The notes under the pieces: model-generated
What the model was told of the DNA's origin: nothing
The model's database searches: none
The model's input: only the letters and a program-made list of their open reading frames with translations
Origin: a virus
Taxonomy: Duplodnaviria; Caudoviricetes
Virus record (IMG/VR): IMGVR_UViG_3300037493_001343
Coordinates: 1 to 61,581 of that record
Strand: one strand, 5' to 3'
Length of the DNA: 61,581 bases
Shown here: in pieces, positions 18,369 to 27,519 of the stretch
Layout of the letters: each line of letters begins with the position of its first letter
How positions within the stretch are numbered: the first letter of the stretch is position 1
Translations under genes and position numbers: made by a program

Positions 18369-19704
18369 TTATTTTATTTAATACTACTTCTGCTTTTACC
18401 CAACAAGGAGCTGAACCACCAACGTGTGGATGAACTTCTATTAAAAATCCATTTGTAGTTGTAGAATAAACAACATTAACTTGAGCTGTATTATCATTTG
18501 TTACGTTTTTTACAGCTGATATTCTCATTACATTGGTTAAATTATCATTTGAAACCATAAATGTATCATATATAAACCAATTACCTCCTGTTCCAAAGTC
18601 ATTCTCTCCAATATAAGAAACTATTTTTACTTCAACTAAGCAGTTAGAACCTTGAGGCACTATTATTGTCGCAGAACCTAAAGTATCATATAATAATTGA
18701 TTTGCATCTGGGTCACTATAATATCTAAATAGTTGTTTTTGTTCTATTTGAACTTGACCTGGAGTTGTTCCATAACTCATATTATAATAACCAAATACAT
18801 TAGAAAAGTTATTTTTTGCTAATGCTTTTTGACCATAAATATTAACAGAGGTTGTTTTTGCAATTGGCAATGAATGTTCTGCTTGAACAAGAGTTCCATT
18901 ATTATCATAAAAATCACCTCCAAAAATATTAATACAACTACATTGGTTTTCAATAAATACACCACTTGCATTTAAAATAAATAGATTATTACTTTCAGTT
19001 CCAATATCCGTATTTGATGTGTTAAAAATAATTACATTTGCTTTTAATACAGTTAAATCTGGTGTATAAAATTTAAATAAATTATCACCAAAAATATTAG
19101 TTGCTCCAAAAACAAAACAATTTGAAATTTCTTGTTTATTACTATAAATAACATTTAAACCAACATCAAATAGTGAACCATTATTTATAAATATAGAATC
19201 AAGTAAAGAAATACTTTGTGTATCTACACCAGAAGTATCATTAATAAAACAATTGTTTGCTAATGGGTAATTCCCAAGACTACTGTTAGTTAAAGTCCAA
19301 TTAAAATTACCTATTATTGTATTATTTAATACAGCTCCACTTAAGTTATCTATAGTATAATTACCATCAAATTCTCCCAATGCTATATTTTGATTAAGCA
19401 TTACCTTCAACTCTCTATTGAAAGTTTGGACCTTAGCAATACTATTATTAACATCAATATATAAATAAGTTGGATTAACAGAACCAGTGTAATCTCCAAA
19501 TTGAAATATACTATTTGCAAAATCCATTTGCAAACCAGCACCAGTTGTTACTATTTTATCTCCAGATAATTGCAAAGGAGTATCATTACCTAACCCATCA
19601 GATATAGTAATAAGGGTTGTAGGGTCTAAGCTACCATTAGTACCAATTTTTAATAGGGCTTGGTACGAGTCTTTAATTTTATTTCCAGTTAATGCACTTG
19701 ACAT
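18358..19704 (-). CDS. Putative head/tail fibre or spike protein (448 aa, N-rich beta-helix-like)
   Basis: Asn/Gly-rich repeats (NNTIIG, NNCFI, SNCFVFG, NNLFI); next to a spike-base-like gene. Confidence 0.55.
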   Translation of the reverse strand: MSSALTGNKIKDSYQALLKIGTNGSLDPTTLITISDGLGNDTPLQLSGDKIVTTGAGLQMDFANSIFQFGDYTGSVNPTYLYIDVNNSIAKVQTFNRELKVMLNQNIALGEFDGNYTIDNLSGAVLNNTIIGNFNWTLTNSSLGNYPLANNCFINDTSGVDTQSISLLDSIFINNGSLFDVGLNVIYSNKQEISNCFVFGATNIFGDNLFKFYTPDLTVLKANVIIFNTSNTDIGTESNNLFILNASGVFIENQCSCINIFGGDFYDNNGTLVQAEHSLPIAKTTSVNIYGQKALAKNNFSNVFGYYNMSYGTTPGQVQIEQKQLFRYYSDPDANQLLYDTLGSATIIVPQGSNCLVEVKIVSYIGENDFGTGGNWFIYDTFMVSNDNLTNVMRISAVKNVTNDNTAQVNVVYSTTTNGFLIEVHPHVGGSAPCWVKAEVVLNKISVV

Positions 19705-19723
19705 CTTATAATATTTTATTTAG

Positions 19724-19846
19724 TTAATCTTCCCAATTATTTGAATCATTCTCCCAATTAAGAGATACTAAGTTCCAAATGTTAGTTGTTAATGTAGCAG
19801 CAGCATCAGCTATGTCTACAATTGTATTCCAGATTATGTTTACCAT
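19724..19846 (-). CDS. Tiny Trp-rich protein (40 aa)
   Basis: Not in track: MVNIIWNTIVDIADAAATLTTNIWNLVSLNWENDSNNWED; fills the gap between two structural genes. Confidence 0.5.
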   Translation of the reverse strand: MVNIIWNTIVDIADAAATLTTNIWNLVSLNWENDSNNWED

Positions 19847-20142
19847 AAACCCATAATGTTTGAAGCTGTTGAAGTAGAACTTACTTGCTTTACTTGGATA
19901 GGTAAGAATGTACCTGCCTTAACACCATTAAAGGTAACCAATGTGTTGGTAGTATCTTGAGCCATAACAACAATTAAGTTACCATCTCCACCTATATAAA
20001 TACCACCACAGTATCCTGCTGGATTTAAAGAAGGATTTATATTTGCATTGAACGCAACCTCTATAGCTGGATTAGTAACCGTAGTTACGAACAACTTAGC
20101 AACACCTGCTTGATAGTTTACGTCTTTTTGAAAAGAAGCCAT
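19840..20142 (-). CDS. Head-spike base-like protein (resembles the RcGTA Rcc01079 family), 100 aa
   Basis: GIYIGGDGNLIVVM...VTFNGVKAGTFLPIQVKQV..TSTASNIMGLW pattern. Confidence 0.65.
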   Translation of the reverse strand: MASFQKDVNYQAGVAKLFVTTVTNPAIEVAFNANINPSLNPAGYCGGIYIGGDGNLIVVMAQDTTNTLVTFNGVKAGTFLPIQVKQVSSTSTASNIMGLW

Positions 20143-20161
20143 TAGTTTTAAATTTTATACC

Positions 20162-20173
20162 TATATAATACGC
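20162..20173 (-). promoter_or_regulatory. Putative late promoter GCGTATTATATA
   Basis: Exact consensus at the first gene of the leftward structural arm. Confidence 0.75.
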
Positions 20174-20175
20174 AC

Positions 20176-20607
20176 TTACTTTTTAATCCTACTACCATTG
20201 AAAACCATATTAGGATTCACATAGTATAAATTGGCTATCTCGGACTTGGCAATCACATTGGCCTCTATTAGCCCCTTTAAGGCCTTATAAAAGGTAGCCC
20301 TACTATTCCATCCTAAATCCTTACAAACCTCAATACAGCGCAAATATACGTAGCTATCCTTATATTCCAGATCATTCATTATGTATAGAGTCAGTTTTAT
20401 GGTAGCCTGACAATTGGTCTTTAACATAAAATTGATCATCTCGTAGTATACCTTAACAAAGGGCAGGGAGTCTATAACCTTCTCCTCCCCTGCCTGGAGT
20501 ACCTCAAATACCTCCCCCGTCTTAGGATCCAATAATTGGTTAACCATCTTCTTGGTTACTACCTTCCTTAAACCATTTAAAGGGATTATGCTTTTTCTCT
20601 TATCCAT
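20176..20607 (-). CDS. RepL-like winged-HTH replication/maintenance protein (143 aa)
   Basis: DPKTGEV, FVKVY, HTH SRATFYKALKGLIE and YYVNPNMVFNG match the RepL family pattern. Confidence 0.7.
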   Translation of the reverse strand: MDKRKSIIPLNGLRKVVTKKMVNQLLDPKTGEVFEVLQAGEEKVIDSLPFVKVYYEMINFMLKTNCQATIKLTLYIMNDLEYKDSYVYLRCIEVCKDLGWNSRATFYKALKGLIEANVIAKSEIANLYYVNPNMVFNGSRIKK

Positions 20608-20623
20608 AAGTATAATTGTTTAT

Positions 20624-20654
20624 CAAAGGTACGTGTATATTCTGAGAATACAAA
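20624..20654 (-). promoter_or_regulatory. Bacteroidota sigmaA promoter for the RepL-like gene
   Basis: TTTG (20654-20651), 19-nt spacer, TACCTTTG (20631-20624). Confidence 0.7.
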
Positions 20655-20676
20655 AAATATTATTCTGATGATACAA
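20638..20676. repeat. Pair of imperfect 16-bp direct repeats (operator/iteron-like)
   Basis: tattctgagaatacaa (20638-20653, with internal palindrome tattct-g-agaata) and tattctgatgatacaa (20661-20676). Confidence 0.6.
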
Positions 20677-21483
20677 CACCTATTGATAATCAATGCACTT
20701 ACAACGCCTTCCTTCTTATATAATAAGAGAGGGGCTATATATATACTATATATTACTGGTGTAAATTAACCAATTAGTAAGCCCCCTCAAGGGGCGAAGT
20801 CAAAGGCCGACCCTGTAAAAACTGGGATATAGTGTATTTTTGGGGTACCATATATATATTGACTTAGGACACAGTGTCTTGATGGGGTTATATACTATAT
20901 ACGAGGACTCACACGCCTAAGGGGAACTCGCTCCTCTCAAGTGGGTAGGTATGACTATATGAATATTTTTTTACTATGGGATTACACGCGCTACTTGAAG
21001 TACTACTTTAGGTACACTATAAAGGTTACTTGAAGCTTTACTTTAAGTCCTTACTTTGCATATGGATATAGTATTACTTTTATGTATGGGGAACTTTTAT
21101 TTTTCTTTGTATATTGTTTTTGTTTTGGGATACATACAAAAAAGGGGATAGCCTCCTGATTCTTTTCTTCTTCTTTTCTTCTTTATTACTTTTACCCACA
21201 TATACCCACTTTGCCCCACTATTACTATATGTATGCTATAGTTTATGTATAGGTAAATTAGCTGTATGTATTGGTATTGCTGTATTCTACCTATTCTATA
21301 TTACTTTTGTTCGCCTTTTGATATGGTATTTTTCTTTAATATATACCCTATATTCAAATTATTTTACCCTATCTGAAAAATATTTTTAATTATTTGCCTG
21401 TATTAAAATAGTTGATTCTATTGGGATTGATTGCCATTATAAATTTTATCTATAATTGCTATAGAAAATAAGTATTGAAAAAA

Positions 21484-21515
21484 TTTGGAAAATGATTTTT
21501 GCCGTTGTATGTTTG
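21484..21515 (+). promoter_or_regulatory. Early Bacteroidota sigmaA promoter
   Basis: TTTG 21484-21487, 20-nt spacer, TATGTTTG 21508-21515, upstream of the first early gene. Confidence 0.75.
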
Positions 21516-21557
21516 CATTATCAAATTAATCATTAACAATTTAAATCTTTAAACACT

Positions 21558-21797
21558 ATGAAAAACAAAAGACAATTATTCGAACATTCACTTCTTAATT
21601 ATCAAAGGATAGCAGATGAAATTCTAGGCATCACTGACAATTTTTGGGACGCTATGCATTACGACATAGAAGGATATTATGGTGCGGCAATTGAAGAAGG
21701 CATAGAATACATTGATATCGAAGTACTAGAAAAACAAGTTAATACTGCCGAATCATTACTTAGCGCATTGAAAAATTTAAATTACATTTACGGATAA
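21558..21797 (+). CDS. Early acidic hypothetical protein (79 aa)
   Basis: Preceded by the recurring TTTAAACACT-ATG leader. Confidence 0.75.
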   Translation: MKNKRQLFEHSLLNYQRIADEILGITDNFWDAMHYDIEGYYGAAIEEGIEYIDIEVLEKQVNTAESLLSALKNLNYIYG

Positions 21798-21813
21798 ACT
21801 AAAACTAAACAAT

Positions 21814-21930
21814 ATGAAAAAAATTCTATTAGCAATTGCAGTAATCATTACAATATACCTTCTAGGTAATGATATCGACAAACAATTAGCATCAGACGGC
21901 AATCAATCACCTGTAACTTTAACTAAATAA
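21814..21930 (+). CDS. Small single-TM early protein (38 aa), paralog of 22680..22895
   Basis: Not in track: MKKILLAIAVIITIYLLGNDIDKQLASDGNQSPVTLTK; shares DKQLASDxNQxPV. Confidence 0.7.
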   Translation: MKKILLAIAVIITIYLLGNDIDKQLASDGNQSPVTLTK

Positions 21931-21955
21931 ATTAACTTTAAAAATCTAAAAAACT

Positions 21956-22312
21956 ATGAAACAATTTACAATTAACATCGGCCTACACAATAATCCTTTT
22001 GCTGTTATCAGGGAAGACGGCAAGTATTCTATGGTGCAAAAAAACATACAGCGCCTGTTGAATCTAGCATTTGAACATTCATCTGATTTTTATCGAATAG
22101 AAACAGGCAAATGGGACGGAGCAGATGAACCAACATTTGTCGGATATGTAGAAGCAGACGAGTACACCATAGACGCTAAGGTGCAATTACTTTGTGATAT
22201 AATGACTCAGCAATGTATACCATACCACTCAGAAGAGCAAAGCAACCTAGTTTATCAAACAGGTTGGAACGAATCTAAATTTGATTTTAACCCTAATTAC
22301 TTTATCAAATAA
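21956..22312 (+). CDS. Putative SAM lyase (T3 SAMase-like anti-restriction protein), 118 aa
   Basis: TGKW..DEPTFV...LCDIMTQQCIPY...LVY spacing recalls T3 SAMase (TGCY..EEKTV...LACNEWEQDCVL...LVY); among the first early genes. Confidence 0.45.
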   Translation: MKQFTINIGLHNNPFAVIREDGKYSMVQKNIQRLLNLAFEHSSDFYRIETGKWDGADEPTFVGYVEADEYTIDAKVQLLCDIMTQQCIPYHSEEQSNLVYQTGWNESKFDFNPNYFIK

Positions 22313-22338
22313 CTTTAACCCTTAAAACTTTAAACACT

Positions 22339-22674
22339 ATGAAACAATTTGCTAGAAAATGTACTAAATGTAACAAAGGTATGAATGATGGATACCTAGT
22401 TAATGATGTTGAATACTATTGCTCAGATGAATGTCTTTACAGCGTATACTCTGAAGATGAATACGAAGATTTATATATTGAAGACTCAGCATATTATACT
22501 GAGTGGAGCGAAGATGATATCGACCACGATGATGAGCCAATATACGAGAGCAATATACCTTCAACAATAAAGATAGATGTATACTACACAAGTGACGAGA
22601 ACGGAGCAATAATATTTGACGAAGAGCAAATGAGACAAATGTTTGAAACTAAATTAAATAACCTTAAAAACTAA
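22339..22674 (+). CDS. Early Zn-binding acidic protein (111 aa)
   Basis: CTKC...YYCSDEC cysteine pairs, very acidic C-terminal half. Confidence 0.7.
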   Translation: MKQFARKCTKCNKGMNDGYLVNDVEYYCSDECLYSVYSEDEYEDLYIEDSAYYTEWSEDDIDHDDEPIYESNIPSTIKIDVYYTSDENGAIIFDEEQMRQMFETKLNNLKN

Positions 22675-22679
22675 AAACT

Positions 22680-22895
22680 ATGAAACCTCAACAAGTAACT
22701 AACTTAATTTTATTAGTAGCCGTAGCTATTACCTTTTATTTCATTGGCTCATCTGAAGATAAACAACTAGCCTCTGATGTCAATCAGAAGCCTGTAGTAT
22801 TATTCAATATGTCGGAAGAAGAGCGTGACTACAACCTAGAGGTTGATGCCGTAAGAAATGACACCATATTCGTTTCACCTAAAGAGATTAAATAA
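22680..22895 (+). CDS. Small single-TM early protein (71 aa)
   Basis: TM helix followed by DKQLASDVNQKPV. Confidence 0.7.
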   Translation: MKPQQVTNLILLVAVAITFYFIGSSEDKQLASDVNQKPVVLFNMSEEERDYNLEVDAVRNDTIFVSPKEIK

Positions 22896-22901
22896 ACCAC
22901 T

Positions 22902-23186
22902 ATGAAAACAAGAATCGAAATTACAAGTCATTACGGCTTCGACCACAATTGGACATTGATATGTGAAACCTCAAAAGTAACTAGAAGTTTCTATCTAGGG
23001 CAAGATGTAAAGTTTTGCCATAGAGTTCTAGGGTTAACGCCTAGAGATGTAGTAGAAGCCATAGGCACTAAAGAGATAACGACTAAAGAGGGCAACCTAA
23101 AGCTAGCTAAGTTTATATGTAAGCAAATAGGCTTAGACGGACGCTCTATGCATAAGCTACAAGATTGGGTATTATGCTCAGAATAA
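22902..23186 (+). CDS. Early hypothetical protein (94 aa)
   Basis: Co-oriented ORF with ACT-ATG start context. Confidence 0.7.
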   Translation: MKTRIEITSHYGFDHNWTLICETSKVTRSFYLGQDVKFCHRVLGLTPRDVVEAIGTKEITTKEGNLKLAKFICKQIGLDGRSMHKLQDWVLCSE

Positions 23187-23217
23187 ATAACCTCTATAAC
23201 CATATAAATAAATTCAA

Positions 23218-23248
23218 TTTGGATATTAATTTTAACTAACTAACTTTG
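23218..23248 (+). promoter_or_regulatory. Early Bacteroidota sigmaA promoter
   Basis: TTTG 23218-23221, 19-nt spacer, TAACTTTG 23241-23248. Confidence 0.75.
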
Positions 23249-23279
23249 CAATATCAAATAACCTTAAAAACTAAAAACT

Positions 23280-23480
23280 ATGAATGACAATGCACTGACT
23301 AAGAAGTCAACAATTAAAATCAAGGAAACCTATTGCGGTCCAATTGTAAACACAGGAGTAAGAAACCTAGACGGCCCAATACAAGACAAAGAAAAATACT
23401 ATAAGAAGCTAGAGAAACAAGGCTTTATTGTAGAGCGTACAAAGTACGGCGTATTTATTACTAACCCTAAAAACTTTTAA
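23280..23480 (+). CDS. Early hypothetical protein (66 aa)
   Basis: Repeat leader TAACCTTAAAAACTAAAAACT-ATG. Confidence 0.7.
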   Translation: MNDNALTKKSTIKIKETYCGPIVNTGVRNLDGPIQDKEKYYKKLEKQGFIVERTKYGVFITNPKNF

Positions 23481-23483
23481 CCA

Positions 23484-23621
23484 ATGAAACAATTAATAAC
23501 ACTAACACTAATCGCAATTCTATTTGCATCTTGCACCACCACCAAGATTGGTTGGGGAACAGGAAACGGAATGAATGCTAACTGCTACAAAGCAAAACAT
23601 AGAATGCCTAACTTAAATTAA
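23484..23621 (+). CDS. Small early lipoprotein (45 aa)
   Basis: Not in track: MKQLITLTLIAILFASC-TTTKIGWGTGNGMNANCYKAKHRMPNLN, clear lipobox. Confidence 0.7.
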   Translation: MKQLITLTLIAILFASCTTTKIGWGTGNGMNANCYKAKHRMPNLN

Positions 23622-23643
23622 TTAACCTTAAAACTTAAACACT

Positions 23644-26379
23644 ATGAAAACAATTTGGATTGATGAAGGTAGTAGCAATGGCACTACCTACTACGAAAAT
23701 AAAAATGATGTCCTAGCGCACATTCGTTCTATTTTAAAAGAAGATAAAGATATGATGGACGCAAGAGGATATGCAAACATAAACAAAGTTTCTGAAGACG
23801 ATTTGTTTGAGATTGCACATTATCATTATTCAATATCAGAAATGTAAAAACAATTAACTAACCTTAAAACTTTAAACACTATGAATTACTCACAATTTTT
23901 ATTCAGCCAATTACTCAGAGACCTTTTAAAAACAAACCACCCTATCGAATACGATACACTATTCGAGGTTTCATCTAGAATATATAAAGATTACGATGAA
24001 TCTAATTATAACGATTCAAATAAAGATGAATATTCTTGTATGGTTTCTTACATAGAAAACAATACCGAAAAACTATTAACTTACTTTAACTAACCTTAAA
24101 ACTTTAAAAACTATGGAACACATATTTAGCATCAACGCAATTGAATTAGCATCTGAATTAGCAGATGAAAAAGTAAGAAACGAATTGTCTAACTACTTAA
24201 ATACCTATACCTACACTGACGAGGCACAAGATTTGTTTAACGAATACTATGACGAATACCTAACCAAGATCGAAGAGACAAAGGCCACAAAGCAATTGAC
24301 TATTCAAGTATACGGAGTACGCCTATCTGAAATGCCAAGAGAAGAAGCATTAAGGTTTCATCTTAACCTATCTGATGATGACTTTATGACCTCAGCAGAA
24401 GAGCAAGGCTATGTGTGGTCGCTAGAAGGATACACTAAGCAATATAATATGGATACCTTACCTAAAATTGACTTCATCAGATTCATTAACCTAACTGAAA
24501 AAATATAACTATGACTTTCTTACAACAAAGAGTATACGCAACACTATGCGCTAACCGATTAGAGCCGTTAGCCTACCACGACTTCCAATATCTAGCAATG
24601 GGATTACTAAGGGAATTGCAAGGCACAAATGACTATAGTAGTGTACATAAAACCATATGCGAAGCTGAGGAGCGAATGTACAAGATGCATAACTTCAAGC
24701 CATATGAAGAAACAGAGGTAAGCAACGATTCAATATTTCATTATCACATAATTAACTTTAACTTTTAACTTATGAAACTACATTTTAATATCGATGTTCA
24801 CCCTTTCTATAGCGAGATTAGGTTTGAAGTTACCAACGGAGTAGACAAATTGGTCCACACTGATAAGTATACTAACGGAATAGAAGATTGGGGAAGCCTT
24901 ATCTTTGATGGCAAGCAATACGATTGGAGTATATGTCACGCATATGGTCAAGATGTACAAGACCTAGTGAAACTATACGAGGTCGATGCTAATGATAACT
25001 TCAAGGTAGACTATACCAAGCCTTTGAAAAACAAATGGGTAAGAATATTTATTTAACTTTAAAAACTTTAAACTATGGGATTCTCAGTATTATATACAAG
25101 ACAAAGAGAAAAAGAATTAGCACAGGGAACACAATTCGATTCAGACGGAAATGAATTAGTACAATGGCACGACATATTCGATTGGTACAACGGAGACGAG
25201 CAGGATAGTTTTGATAAGGCAACCAACAGAGGCGCTAATAGTCAATCAATGCTAGACCTTCAGAGGCAGTCGGATCGGATTGTAAAAGAAAAACAAATAG
25301 GAGGTATGTATTAATGGAAACTAGGCTAACAACAATACTAAGGATAACAACAGGTCTGCCATTCGTTTATGGTATGCACCTATGGAATATCGGATTAGCA
25401 TTCGTACTAGGAATTGTAATGCACTACATAATTAAATTCTTTAAATTATATAACTTTTAATAACTTTAAACTATGAGCAGTAAAACTATTAAAGAGTGGT
25501 TCGAGCAACTACCTAAAGACATCAAAGCAGAGGCTATCTATTTGGCTACTGATTCTGGCACTTACGATTCAAGATTGAAAGAGCCGTCACTATCTGAGGC
25601 GCTATTGGTTGCATTCCCACACGACCACGAAGATGCCAAGACCGATTGGACAGGAGTATACCTTACATTAACCGCACTAAATAAATAAACTATGAGCAAC
25701 GAACTAAACGACCTATACGACCTACCCGACCACCTGCGTCATCTTGCCTATTTTACTACGATTCTAGAGGCTTGTAACAAAGATTGGAGTAATACTATAT
25801 CTAGCAAATTAGAGGAGCTGTATGAGGATACATTAAACCATTGCCTAAACAACGGAATTAAACTATCAATTGTATTCCCTCAGAAAGAATACACTAAACC
25901 AAACACTAATGAACAATAAGATAAATAGAAACAAGCAGTGCAACCATTGTGGTAATTACTTTGTAACTACAAACTACAAGATGAATACCTGCTCTAAGCA
26001 TTGCCAAGATAGAGTAGAAAGCAATCTGCATTTTAAATACTACGAGATAGACCTACCTAGTTTAGACGGAGATATATTCGATAGCGATTCATTCCAATGG
26101 AACGACTACCCTAACCCTAAAAACCACCACAAGATAGGCGATGGCTATCAAATAGAAGAAATTAACCTAAGTAAATTAACCTATAAACGCTAAACTATGG
26201 AAGACAAACACTATGAAACTATGATTGCACCCACCACCTTCAACGAGTGGGACTTAGAAACCTTAAGAGTATTCGACCTAGAGGATAACCCAATGAAGAG
26301 ATACGGAAGAGATTGCGAAACTGATTATTTAAGAACTAACCCATACACCAATGCGAAAAAAGAAAATGATATCAGTTAA
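23644..26379 (+). CDS. Array of about 11 small early hypothetical genes (23644, 23881, 24113, 24511, 24772, 25075, 25473, 25692, ~25909, 26197 and others)
   Basis: Contiguous 60-131 aa, mostly acidic ORFs, nearly all starting ...AACT-ATG or ACACT-ATG. Confidence 0.7.
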
Positions 26380-26743
26380 GAGAGGAACCCACAGGATAAG
26401 CCCACAGGTCATAAAGAAAGTTATGTGTATGGCTAACAACCTAGATGAATCAATCTTTGATAACAAGACAAGGAAGAACGAGGTAATCTTTATTAAGCAT
26501 ACATATGTGTATCTGTGCCGTAAGTATAGTGGCTTGGGAGTAGTACCTTTAGGTAGGCTAATGCAGAAAGACCATACCACCATATCTTACATATTGGATA
26601 AGATAGAATTTCAGAATGGCAAAGATGATTACATAACCGAACTTATTACTAACTTTGAAAAAACAATGTTCCACAATGAGCAATTCAACTTCAGACAAAC
26701 AACCAAAGAAGACAAGAAAGAAGAAAGTATCTTTACCCTCTAA
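26351..26743 (+). CDS. Protein with DnaA C-terminal (domain IV)-like HTH (130 aa)
   Basis: KTRKNEVIFIKHTYVYLCRKY...LGRLMQKDHTTISY matches the DnaA_C pattern (R...YL...IG...RDHTTV). Confidence 0.7.
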   Translation: MRKKKMISVKRGTHRISPQVIKKVMCMANNLDESIFDNKTRKNEVIFIKHTYVYLCRKYSGLGVVPLGRLMQKDHTTISYILDKIEFQNGKDDYITELITNFEKTMFHNEQFNFRQTTKEDKKEESIFTL

Positions 26744-26990
26744 TGAGGAAATGGATAAGGCTAAGGAGATAACCAAAGTACAGAGGCTATCAATACCTAC
26801 AGGCAATAAGCTTTGGGAGGTAGACCTCAAGACGCAGGAGATCCGAGAGGCTGAGGTAACTATAGTCGAGGGCAACAAGTCAGCCTTTAAAAAGGAGAAC
26901 TGCCTGTACATAGTGGCGCTCAACCCTAAGAATGTAATGCGTAAGCTATCTAACAAGCTTTCCGAGTACAAAAAGAGTCGTAATATATAG
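26655..26990 (+). CDS. Hypothetical basic protein (start probably 26676)
   Basis: ORF overlaps the previous gene and abuts the next. Confidence 0.6.
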   Translation: MKKQCSTMSNSTSDKQPKKTRKKKVSLPSNEEMDKAKEITKVQRLSIPTGNKLWEVDLKTQEIREAEVTIVEGNKSAFKKENCLYIVALNPKNVMRKLSNKLSEYKKSRNI

Positions 26991-26992
26991 GT

Positions 26993-27313
26993 ATGAAAAA
27001 GAAAACTAGAGCCGACTACTACAAGGAGAACCCTGAGTCATATGCTAAGAAAAAGAAATACGATTCTAAGCTAGGCAAGAGGGAAGACCTTAAGGACAAA
27101 CGAGTTGAATTAAATACCTATAACCGAAAGAAAGGTGTATACGGCAATGGCGATGGCTTAGATGCAGTGCATAAGGGCAAGAAGATTGTAGGCTACGCTA
27201 AGGCTTCCAAGAACAGAGGCGATACCAACGATTCAGCAGGAGACAAACGAGCAAGAGGAAAGAAAAAGATGATAGTGCAAAAGAAAAGCCCAGTGAAGCT
27301 CAAAAAAAAATAA
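26993..27313 (+). CDS. Basic HNH-like protein (106 aa)
   Basis: GDGLDAVH...ASKNRG resembles minimal phage HNH proteins; late-like TCGTAATATATA at 26978-26989. Confidence 0.5.
   Translation: MKKKTRADYYKENPESYAKKKKYDSKLGKREDLKDKRVELNTYNRKKGVYGNGDGLDAVHKGKKIVGYAKASKNRGDTNDSAGDKRARGKKKMIVQKKSPVKLKKK
27265..27280 (+). repeat. 16-bp element AAAGATGATAGTGCAA, copy 1
   Basis: Exact reverse-complement copies at 39956-39971 and 52153-52168. Confidence 0.85.
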
Positions 27314-27344
27314 AAAAAAAGAGAAAAGTTCATATAACATTGAT

Positions 27345-27352
27345 TATCTTTG
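27345..27352 (+). promoter_or_regulatory. Bacteroidota -7 element TATCTTTG for the tRNA-like gene
   Basis: TAnnTTTG ends 6 nt before the acceptor stem. Confidence 0.6.
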
Positions 27353-27358
27353 TTATAT

Positions 27359-27449
27359 AGTCAAGTGGCTGAATGGTGAGGCAGTTAACTCAATAAAACA
27401 TTAGAAAAGAGGATTAATAATGATGCAGGTTCAAATCCTGTCTTGACTG
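27359..27449 (+). tRNA. tRNA-like gene with an 18-nt insertion in the anticodon loop (nominal anticodon CAA; identity uncertain)
   Basis: Acceptor AGTCAAG/CTTGACT, D-arm GCTG-AATGGTG-AGGC, anticodon stem GTTAA/TTAAT, T-arm GCAGG-TTCAAAT-CCTGT. Confidence 0.75.
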
Positions 27450-27482
27450 CAACCAAGTTCATAGTTGGTTTAAGGTTTAAAA

Positions 27483-27519
27483 GTGAAATGCCCTCTCTGA
27501 AAAGGGAGGGTAATTTTAC
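27483..27519 (+). terminator. Hairpin after the tRNA-like gene
   Basis: ccctctc-tgaaaa-gggaggg stem-loop followed by taatttt. Confidence 0.55.

Noticed and set aside
20176-20607. Temperate lifestyle inferred from the RepL-like gene
   Set aside because: No integrase, CI-like repressor or ParA is recognisable; a plasmid-like state cannot be excluded but is unsupported
21114-21389. 91-aa hydrophobic ORF in the track
   Set aside because: F/L/Y-rich translation of a T-rich stretch, TTG start, no typical leader, upstream of the first early promoter
21536-25475. CRISPR-like array interpretation of the early-region repeats
   Set aside because: The repeats are degenerate, separated by whole genes of variable length, and there are no cas genes
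27302-27320. Poly-A runs as a phase-variation or frameshift site
   Set aside because: They lie at and after the stop codon of a Lys-rich ORF; length changes would alter only a few terminal residues
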